A program made the translations under genes and the position numbers. This document shows positions 51,406 to 64,000 of a stretch of DNA of 64,000 bases, in pieces (position 1 is the stretch's first letter; each line of letters starts with the position of its first letter). The notes beneath the pieces are model-generated. The model was not told the origin of the DNA and ran no database searches. It worked only from the letters and a program-made list of their open reading frames with translations. This DNA is from Octopus vulgaris (Eukaryota), in NCBI GenBank assembly GCA_951406725.2, contig OX597816.1, forward strand, positions 97,092,001 through 97,156,000. The letters run 5' to 3'.

Positions 51406-53786
51406 ACACACATATATATATACATATAAGTATATATATACATACACATACATAGATATACATATACATTGATATACATATGTGTACATATATAGACATA
51501 TATATACATATATCTGTACATATATATATATACAGATATGCATACACAGACACACACACATATATATATAGATGTATATATATATACATATTTATTTCTA
51601 ATGAATACACGCGCTGGCCAATGAGAGGTCCTGTACGTGGCTAATTGCTTTGCTAGAAATTCCAGCGCAGTTATCCTCTGATCATATCCCACCATCTTAA
51701 AGAAGAATATATTTGATAATATATGTTAGGTTCCTATGTCTCCTATACATTGCAGAACAATGAGATGATAACAACTGGAACGCTTTTGGACACAAACCTG
51801 GTTAATCAGGGCTGTATACATATCCACACGATTGCTCACACACACGACGAATGAACATGCAGAATATAAAACTTTTCGCAAGTACATCATTAGAGACAAT
51901 GACACATGTACATTAGGAAAATGTATGTTTAACATATTTACGAATGCACAGCACACTTCTTTATAACACATGCGTAACGCATAGACACACAGACACATTG
52001 ACACTCATACTCAACATACACCGAGCATAGAAACAGCCCCCTCCAACCCATAAAACCACAAGAGCGATAACATATAAACGGAACAAATACAAATACCAAC
52101 AGAAACAACAAGTATACCCATATTCAGACAACGTATACATATGCATGTTGGGCATATATTCATATCATATCACACCTCATTGCATCTTCAAAAGAATATT
52201 TATGTTTGTATATCATTGATGTATGTATATCATTACAAATATTTATAGCTTCAATATATGAACTGCTGAAAAAAATTATACGCCATATTGGTTTGTTTTA
52301 TTACGTAGCGCGTATTATTACGTCACTGTATATATAACATAACGTTTATATAAACATTTTAACATAGGCACAAGGCCACACGTTCAAGGAAAATGGTTTG
52401 TTGATACTGGGGTACACAACTGTTACTTTATTCTATCGAAACTATGAATGAAAGGCATAGTTGATTGTTGGGATTTGAAGTTAGTTCCAGAGGGCACAAC
52501 ACCTCGCTATCCTCTCAGAAACAGTGGGCAGATAAGATGGATGGACGACCGTTAAAACTCCGTTGATCATTTCTCAGTTGGAACAGAGCCGATCATGAGT
52601 TAAGCAACAGTAACTTAGATAAGACAAACAAACTAATTGCAGATATATTATTGTAAACATAGAAAAAACCAAAATTCGTGGTTTGTAACTACAGCAAAAT
52701 ATCAATGTCAGAGTAAATTAAGAATGCTTGGAATAAGTATCTTTATTTTTCTATCGAATTTAACTTTCTCAACTTCTTTCATTTTCAAATTTTCTACTCC
52801 TTGTTTATCAAATGTACCAGCGTTCCTGTTGATTATGCTTTCATTTTGATCACTGGCTCCCAACCAACTCTTGTGACCCTTCATCGACGTGTTCTAAATT
52901 CTTTTCTGTTTTTCCTTCCAGATATTCTACACTATTTCTTGTTAACTCTGTGCCCTTAATATATATACATTCAGTCTTACAGGAAAATATACTGTCTCTG
53001 TGTGTCTCTGTCTCTCTCTGTTGACGGCTCCATCTGGAAGTTTAGAACTTTTCTCATCCTTAAGTTACTTCATATAAATTCACCCCATATTTCTATTGTA
53101 TTTTGTGAGAAGTTTGATCTTAAGGAATCGCCTTCAAACCACTCTCCATCATCTTAAATAGGGAAGAGTATATTAGATAATGCACTACTAATGACACGGT
53201 CTGAAGACAAAAGAGTCACGGTTAAAATGACATTGGTCTGCTGGTTTAGGGGTCAGGATGGGCGGTGGGTAAATATAATCAGAAAAACAATGCGCCGTTG
53301 AGGCAATTTCTGAGGCGTTCAATGTCCCCTCAGAAATTGAAGAAATGCATATTAAATTAGACTATTGTCAGATACCCGGATGAAATTGGTAAACGAGAAA
53401 AGAGCGACTGCCTGATGCTAAAGGAACTCTACCATATAACAGATGTAAATTGCTTCAGGTAGAATTAAGATGATGTACATTACTAAGTAACGAACTTTAC
53501 CTAGCAATGGACCTCAAGAAAACAGATCATGAAAAAAAAGGCGATGGTAGCTTCAAAAATATAATGCTACATAATGATCATGGCATATCGTTAAGGATGC
53601 ATGATAAATATAGATCACGTACTTTTCGGGATATTGCAAAAGCCACAGCTACCGTACATCGAAAAAGCCATGCATTATACATCATTCCCTACCCTAGTTG
53701 AAATAAAACAAGTACTGTGTAGGGTTTCTTCCAAAAAATATATTATGGCAATCTATTTATTAGACAGAACTGAAATTTTGAAATAT

Positions 53787-56700
53787 GAAAACCAAGTATA
53801 CACATCAACAATCTGCTACCAAGTATACTCATCTACAATCTGATACCAAGTATACTCATCAACAATCTGATACCAAGTATACTCATCTACAATTTGAAAA
53901 CAAGTATACTCATCTACATTTTGATACCAAGTATACTCATCTACAAATTGATATCAAGTATACTCATCTGCAATTTGATACTAAGTATACTCATATACAA
54001 TTAGATACCAAGTATACTCATCTAGAATGTGATACCAAGATTACTCATCCACAATCTGACACCAAGTATACTCATCTACAATCTCAAACCAAGTATACTC
54101 ATCTACAATCTGATAACAAGATTACTCATCCACAATCTGATACCAAGTATACTCATCTACAATCTGATGCCAAGTATGCTCATCTACAATTTGACACCAA
54201 GTATACTCATCTAGAAATAGATACCAAGTATACTCATCGATAATTTGATACCAAGTATACTCATCTACATTCTGATACTAAGAATATTCATCTACAATCT
54301 GATACCAAATATACTCATCTATAATCTGATACCAAGTATACTCATCTACAATTTGATACAAAGTATAGTCATCTAGAATTAGATACCAAGTATACTCATC
54401 TACAATCTGATAACAAGTATACTCATCTACAATTTGATACCATGTATACTCATCTACATTCTGATACCACGTATACTCATCTAAAATCTGATACCAACTA
54501 TACTAATCTATAATCTGATACCAAGTATACTCATCTACAATCTGATACCAAGTAGAATTAGATACCAAGTATACTCATCAAAAATTTGATACAAAGTATA
54601 GACATTTAGAATTAGATACCAAGTATACTCATCTACAATCTGATAACAAGTATACTCATCTACAATTTGATACCAAGTATACTCATCTAGAATTAGATAC
54701 CAGGTATACTCATCAATAATTTGATACCATGTATACTCATCTACATTCTGATACCACGTATACTCATCTAAAATCTGATACCAACTATACTAATCTATAA
54801 TCTGATACCAAGTATACTCATCTAGAATCAGATACCAAGTATACTCATAAAAATTTGATACCATCTATAATCATCTACATTCTGATACCGAGCATATTCA
54901 TCTACAATCACATACCAACTATACTCACCTATAATCTGATACCAAGCATACTCATCTACAATTTGATACCAAGTATACTCATCTAGAATTAGTTACCAAG
55001 AATACTCATCTATAATCTGATACCAAATATACTCATCTATAATCTGATTCCAATTATACTCATCTACAATCTGATACCAAGTATACACATCTAGAATTAG
55101 ATACCTAGTATACTCATCGATAATTTGATACCATGTATACTCATCTACATTCCGAAACCAAGTATACTAATCTACAATCTCATACAAACTAAACTCATCT
55201 ATAATCTGATACCAAGAATACTCATCTATAATCTGATACCGAGAATACTCATCCACGATCTGATACCAAGTATACTTGGTATCAAATTGTAGATGAGTAA
55301 ACTTGGTATCTGACACCAAGTATACTCATCTACAATTTGATACCAAGTATACACATCTAGAATTAAATACCAAGTATACTCATCAATAATTTGATACCAT
55401 GTATACTCATCTACATTCTAATACCAAGTATACTCATCTACAATCTGATACCATGTATAAACATTTACAATCTGATACCAAGTATACTCATCTATAATCT
55501 GATACCAAGTATACTCATCTATAATTTGATACAAAGTATAGTCATTTAGAATTAGATACCAAGTATACTCATCTACAATCTGATAACAAGTATACTCATC
55601 TACAATTTGATACCAAGTATACTCATCTAGAATTAGATACCAGGTATAATCATCAATAATTTGATACCATGTATATTCATCTACATTCTGATACCACGTA
55701 TACTCATCTACAATCTGATACCAACTATACTCATATATAATCTGATACCAAGTATACTCATCTACAATCTGATACCAAGTATACTCATCTAGAATTAGAT
55801 ACCAAGTATTCTCATCAAAAATTTGATACCATCTATATTCATCTACATTCTGATACCGAGCATACTCATCTACAAACCCATACAAACAATACTCATCTAT
55901 AATCTGATACCAAGCATACTCATCTACAATTTGATACCAAGTATACTCATCTAGAATTAGTTACCAAGAATACTTATCAATAATCTGATACCAAATATAC
56001 TCATCTATAATCTGATTCCAATTATACTCATCTACAATCTGATACCAAGTATACACATCAAGAATTAGATACCTAGTATACTCATCGATAATTTGATACC
56101 ATGTATACTCATCTACATTCTGATACCAAGTATACTCATCTACAATCTCATACCAACTAAACTCATCTATAATCTGATACCAAGAATACTCATCAATAAT
56201 CTGATACCGAGAATACTCATCCACAATCTGATACCAAGTATACATGGTATCAAATTGTAGATAGTATACTTGGTATCTGATACCAAGTATACTCATCTAC
56301 AATTTGATACCAAGTATACACATCTAGAATTAAATACCAAGTACACTCATCAATAATTTGATACCATATATACTCATCTACATTCTAATACCAAGTATAC
56401 TCATCTACAATCTGATACCATGTATAAACATCTACAATCTGATACCAAGTATACTCATCTATAATCTGATACCAAGTATACTCATCTACAGTCAGATACC
56501 AAGTATACACATCTAGAATTAGATACCACGTATACTCATCAATGATTTGATACCATGTATACTCACCTACATTCTGATACCAAGTATACTCATCTACAAT
56601 CTGATACCAACTATAATAATCTGTAATCTGATACCAAGTATACTCATCTACAAACTGATACCAAGTATACTCATCTAGAATTAGATACCACGTATAATCA

Positions 56701-59700
56701 TCAATAATTTGATACCATGTATACTCATGTACATTCTGGTTCCAAGTATACTCCTCTACAATCTTATACCAACTATACTCATCTATAATCTGATACCAAG
56801 TATACTGATCTACAATCTGATACCAAGTATACTCATCCACAATCTCATACCAAGTATACTTGGTATCAAATTGTAGATGAGTATACTTGGTATCTGACAC
56901 CAAGTATACTCATCTACAATTTGATACCAAGTATACACATCTAGAATTAAATACCAAGTATACTCATCAATAATTTGATACCATGTATACTCATCTACAT
57001 TCTAATACCAAGTATACTCATCTACAATCTGATACCATGTATAAACATTTACAATCTGATACCAAGTATACTCATCTATAATCTGATACCAAGTATACTC
57101 ATCTATAATTTGATACAAAGTATAGTCATTTAGAATTAGATACCAAGTATACTCATCTACAATCTGATAACAAGTATACTCATCTACAATTTGATACCAA
57201 GTATACTCATCTAGAATTAGATACCAGGTATAATCATCAATAATTTGATACCATGTATATTCATCTACATTCTGATACCACGTATACTCATCTACAATCT
57301 GATACCAACTATACTCATATATAATCTGATACCAAGTATACTCATCTACAATCTGATACCAAGTATACTCATCTAGAATTAGATACCAAGTATTCTCATC
57401 AAAAATTTGATACCATCTATATTCATCTACATTCTGATACCGAGCATACTCATCTACAAACCCATACAAACAATACTCATCTATAATCTGATACCAAGCA
57501 TACTCATCTACATTTTGATACCAAGTATACTCATCTAGAATTAGTTACCAAGAATACTTATCAATAATCTGATACCAAATATACTCATCTATAATCTGAT
57601 TCCAATTATACTCATCTACAATCTGATACCAAGTATACACATCAAGAATTAGATACCTAGTATACTCATCGATAATTTGATACCATGTATACTCATCTAC
57701 ATTCTGATACCAAGTATACTCATCTACAATCTCATACCAACTAAACTCATCTATAATCTGATACCAAGAATACTCATCAATAATCTGATACCGAGAATAC
57801 TCATCCACAATCTGATATCAAGTATACTTGGTATCAAATTGTAGATGAGTATACTTGGTATCTGACACCAAGTATACTCATCTACAATTTGATACCAAGT
57901 ATACACATCTAGAATTAAATACCAAGTATACTCATCAATAATTTGATACCATATATACTCATCTACATTCTAATACCAAGTATACTCATCTACAATCTGA
58001 TACCATGTATAAACATCTACAATCTGATACCAAGTATACTCATCTATAATCTGATACCAAGTATACTCATCTACAATCAGATACCAAGTATACACATCTA
58101 GAATTAGATACCACGTATACTCATCAATGATTTGATACCATGTATACTCACCTACATTCTGATACCAAGTATACTCATCTACAATCTGATACCAACTATA
58201 ATAATCTGTAATCTGATACCAAGTATACTCATCTACAAACTGATACCAAGTATACTCATCTAGAATTAGATACCACGTATAATCATCAATAATTTGATAC
58301 CATGTATACTCATCTACATTCTGGGTCCAAGTATACTCCTCTACAATCTTATACCAACTATACTCATCTATAATCTGATACCAAGTATACTGATCTACAA
58401 TCTGATACCAAGTATACTCATCCACAATCTCATACCAAGTATACTTGGTATCAAATTGTAGATGAGTATACTTGGTATCTGACACCAAGTATACTCATCT
58501 ACAATTTGATACCAAGTATACACATCTAGAATTAAATACCAAGTATACTCATCAATAATTTGATACCATGTATACTCATCTACATTCTAATACCAAGTAT
58601 ACTCATCTACAATCTGATACCATGTATAAACATTTACAATCTGATACCAAGTATACTCATCTATAATCTGATACCAAGTATACTCATCTATAATTTGATA
58701 CAAAGTATAGTCATTTAGAATTAGATACCAAGTATACTCATCTACAATCTGATAACAAGTATACTCATCTACAATTTGATACCAAGTATACTCATCTAGA
58801 ATTAGATACCAGGTATAATCATCAATAATTTGATACCATGTATATTCATCTACATTCTGATACCACGTATACTCATCTACAATCTGATACCAACTATACT
58901 CATATATAATCTGATACCAAGTATACTCATCTACAATCTGATACCAAGTATACTCATCTAGAATTAGATACCAAGTATTCTCATCAAAAATTTGATACCA
59001 TCTATATTCATCTACATTCTGATACCGAGCATACTCATCTACAATCCCATACAAACAATACTAATCTATAATCTGATACCAAGCATACTCATCTACAATT
59101 TGATACCAAGTATACTCATCTAGAATTAGTTACCAAGAATACTTATCAATAATCTGATACCAAATATACTCATCTATAATCTGATTCCAATTATACTCAT
59201 CTACAATCTGATACCAAGTATACACATCAAGAATTAGATACCTAGTATACTCATCGATAATTTGATACCATGTATACTCATCTACACTCTGATACCAAGT
59301 ATACTCATCTACAATCTCATACCAACTAAACTCATCTATAATCTGATACCAAGAATACTCATCAATAATCTGATACCGAGAATACTCATCCACAATCTGA
59401 TATCAAGTATACTTGGTATCAAATTGTAGATGAGTATACTTGGTATCTGACACCAAGTATACTCATCTACAATTTGATACCAAGTATACACATCTAGAAA
59501 TAAATACCAAGTATACTCATCAATAATTTGATACCATATATACTCATCTACATTCTAATACCAAGTATATTCATCTACAATCTGATACCATGTATAAACA
59601 TCTACAATCTGATACCAAGTATACTCATCTATAATCTGATACCAAGTATACTCATCTACAATCAGATACCAAGTATACACATCTAGAATTAGATACCACG

Positions 59701-62700
59701 TATACTCATCAATGATTTGATACCATGTATACTCACCTACATTCTGATACCAAGTATACTCATCTACAATCTGATACCAACTATAATAATCTGTAATCTG
59801 ATACCAAGTATACTCATCTACAAACTGATACCAAGTATACTCATCTAGAATTAGATACCACGTATAATCATCAATAATTTGATACCATGTATACTCATCT
59901 ACATTCTGGTTCCAAGTATACTCCTCTACAATCTTATACCAACTATACACATCTATAATCTGATACCAAGTATACTGATCTACAATCTGATACCAAGTAT
60001 ACTCATCCACAATCTCATACCAAGTATACTTGGTATCAAATTGTAGATGAGTATACTTGGTATATGATATCAAGTATACTCATCAACAATTTGATACCGA
60101 GTATACTCATCTAGAATTAGATACCAAGTATACTCATCTATATTTTGATACCATGTATACTCATCTACATTCTGATACCAAGTATTTTCATCTACAATCT
60201 GATACCGAGTATACTCATCTACAATCTGATGCCAAGTATACTCATTTACAATCTGATACCAAGTATACTCATCTAGAATTAGATACCAATATACTCATCA
60301 ATAATTTGATACTATGTATACTCATCTACATTCTAATACCAAGTATACTCATCTAAAATCTGATACCAACAATACTCATCAATAATTTGATACCATGTAT
60401 ACCCATCTATGTTCTGATACCAAGTATACTCATCTACAATCTCTTATCAACTATAATCATCTATAATCTGATACCATGTATACTCATCTACAATATAATA
60501 CCAAGTATACTAATCTAGAATTAGATACCACGTATACTCATCAATAATTTGATACCATGTATACTCATCTATATTCTGATACCAAGTATACTCATCCACA
60601 ATCTGATATCAAGTATACTTATCTATAATCTGATACTAAGTATACTCATTTACAATTTGATACCAAGTATACTCATCTAGAATTAGATACCAAGTATACT
60701 CATCTATAATTTAATACCACGTATATTCATCTACATTCTGATACCAAGTATACTCATCTACAATCTGATACCAATTATACTCATCTACCAACTTATACCA
60801 CGTATACTCATCAATAATTTGATACCATGTAAACTCATGTAAATTCTGGTACTAAGTATACTCATCTACAATCTCATACCAACTATACCCATCTATAATC
60901 TGATACCAAGTATACTCATCTACAATCTGATTTACTCATATCACAATCTAATACCAAGTATACTCGTATACAATTTGATACGAAGTATACTCATCTAGAA
61001 TTAGATACCAATTATACTCATCGATAATTTGATACCATGTATACACATCTACAATCTGATACCAAGTATACTCATCCACAATCTGATACCAAGTATACTT
61101 GGTATCAAATTGTAGATGAGTATACTTGGTATATGATATCAAGCTTACTCATCAACAATTTGATACCGTGTATACTCATCTAGAATTAGATACCAAGTAT
61201 ACTCATCTATATTTTGTTACCATGTATACTCATCTACATTCTGATACCAAGTATTTTCTTCTACAATCTGATACCGAGTATACTCATGTACAATCTGATG
61301 CCAAGTATACTCATTTACAATCTGATACCAAGTATACTCATCTAGAATTAGATACCAATATACTCATCAATAATTTGATACTATGTATACTCATCTACAT
61401 TCTAATACCAAGTATACTCATCTAAAATCTGATACCAACAATACTCATCAATAATTTGATACCATGTATACCCATCTATGTTCTGATACCAAGTATACTC
61501 ATCTACAATCTCTTATCAACTATAATCATCTATAATCTGATACCATGTATACTCATCTACAATATAATACCAAGTATACTCATCTAGAATTAGATACCAC
61601 GTATACTCATCAATAATTTGATACCATGTATACTCATCTATATTCTGATACCAAGTATACTCATCTACAATCTGATACCAACTATACTCATCTATAATCT
61701 GATACCAAGTATACTCATCTACAATCTGATACCAAGTATACTCATGTAGAATTTGATACCACGTATAATCATCAATAATTTGATACAATGTATACTCATC
61801 TACATTCTGATACCTAGTTTACTCATCTACAATCTCATACCAAATATACTCATCTATAATCTGATACCAAGTATACTCATCTACAATCTGATACTAGTTT
61901 GCTTATCCACAATCTGATATCAAGTATACTTATCTACAATCTGATACTAAGTATACTCAGTTACAATTTGATACCAAGTATGCTCATCTAGAATTAGATA
62001 CCAAGTATACTCATCAATAATTTGATACCATATATACTCATCTACATTCTAATACCAAGTATACTCATCTACAATCTGATACCATGTATAAACATCTACA
62101 ATCTGATACCAAGTATACTCATCTATAATCTGATACCAAGTATACTCATCTACAATCAGATACCAAGTATACACATCTAGAATTAGATACCACGTATACT
62201 CATCAATGATTTGATACCATGTATACTCACCTACATTCTGATACCAAGTATACTCATCTACAATCTGATACCAACTATAATAATCTGTAATCTGATAGCA
62301 AGTATACTCATCTACAAACTGATACCAAGTATACTCATCTAGAATTAGATACCACGTATAATCATCAATAATTTGATACCATGTATACTCATCTACATTC
62401 TGGTTCCAAGTATACTCCTTTACAATCTTATACCAACTATACTCATCTATAATCTGATACCAAGTATACTGATCTACAATCTGATACCAAGTATACTCAT
62501 CCACAATCTCATACCAAGTATACTTGGTATCAAATTGTAGATGAGTATACTTGGTATATGATATCAAGTATACTCATCAACAATTTGATACCGAGTATAC
62601 TTATCTAGAATTAGATACCAAGTATACTCATCTATATTTTGATACCATGTATACTCATCTACATTCTGATACCAAGTATTTTCATCTACAATCTGATACC

Positions 62701-64000
62701 GAGTATACTCATCTACAATCTGATGCCAAGTATACTCATTTACAATCTGATACCAAGTATACTCATCTAGAATTAGATACCAATATACTCATCAATAATT
62801 TGATACTATGTATACTCATCTACATTCTAATACCAAGTATACTCATCTAAAATCTGATACCAACAATACTCATCAATAATTTGATACCATGTATACCCAT
62901 CTATGTTCTGATACCAAGTATACTCATCTACAATCTCTTATCAACTATAATCATCTATAATCTGATACCATGTATACTCATCTACAATATAATACCAAGT
63001 ATACTCATCTAGAATTAGATACCACGTATACTCATCAATAATTTGATACCATGTATACTCATCTATATTCTGATACCAAGTATACTCATCCACAATCTGA
63101 TATCAAGTATACTTATCTATAATCTGATACTAAGTATACTCATTTACAATTTGATACCAAGTATACTCATCTAGAATTAGATACCAAGTATACACATCTA
63201 TAATTTAATACCACGTATACTCATCTACATTCTGATACCAAGTATACTCATCTACAATCTGATACCAATTATACTCATCTACAAACTTATACCACGTATA
63301 CTCATCAATAATTTGATACCATGTAAACTCATGTAAATTCTGGTACTAAGTATACTCATCTACAATCTCATACCAACTATACCCATCTATAATCTGATAC
63401 CAAGTATACTCATCTACAATCTGATTTACTCATATCACAATCTAATACCAAGTATACTCGTATACAATTTGATACGAAGTATACTCATCTAGAATTAGAT
63501 ACCAATTATACTCATCGATAATTTGATACCATGTATACACATCTACAATCTGATACCAAGTATACTCATCCACAATCTCATACCAAGTATACTTGGTATC
63601 AAATTGTAGATGAGTATACTTGGTATATGATATCAAGCATACTCATCAACAATTTGATACCGAGTATACTCATCTAGAATTAGATACCAAGTATACTCAT
63701 CTATATTTTGTTACCATGTATACTCATCTACATTCTGATACCAAGTGTTTTCTTCTACAATCTGATACCGAGTATACTCATCTACAATCTGATGCCAAGT
63801 ATACTCATTTACAATCTGATACCAAGTATACTCATCTAGAATTAGATACCAATATACTCATCAATAATTTGATACTATGTATACTCATCTACATTCTAAT
63901 ACCAAGTATACTCATCTAAAATCTGATACCAACAATACTCATCAATAATTTGATACCATGTATACCCATCTATGTTCTGATACCAAGTATACTCATCTAC
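53787..64000. repeat. 27-bp satellite array with higher-order structure (runs off the window end)
   Basis: Consensus GATACCAAGTATACTCATCTACAATCT. Near-identical ORF translations recur at 1584-1585 bp and then 2494 bp offsets. Confidence 0.97.

Noticed and set aside
53787-64000. CRISPR-like array, or a repetitive protein (DTKYTHLQS / DEYTWYQIV)
   Set aside because: No unique spacers and no cas genes. Frames on both strands are broken by stops, indels and inversions; the 27-bp period explains the ORFs.

Overview
AT-rich eukaryotic repeat DNA, probably intronic or intergenic. The SINE families resemble those of Octopus (inference from remembered consensus sequences, not a search). No host protein-coding gene could be supported; nearly all short ORFs are microsatellite translations. 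The first ~53 kb is a mosaic of microsatellites and transposon remnants: two Penelope-like elements (PLEs) with RT/GIY-YIG coding remnants, several R4/Dong-like LINE pieces, a Tx1/L1-type LINE, CR1 and RTE 3' ends, a DD34E Tc1, several mariner derivatives, a possible Helitron, a foldback MITE and tRNA-derived SINEs. From ~53.8 kb to the end is a 27-bp satellite with higher-order repeats and ten embedded micro-inversions. The most notable observation is about 18 type I hammerhead ribozyme (HHR) motifs, counting partial and mutated copies. They lie in about ten unrelated elements, mostly non-coding and (TA)n-anchored, many with inverted or tandem structure. They include retrozyme-like 357-nt and 551-nt monomers, U3-A8 compensatory cores and greatly extended stem II domains. 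Different retroelement clades also appear to use different microsatellite targets: PLE in (TA)n, R4/Dong in (CATA)n, Tx1 in (ATCT)n.
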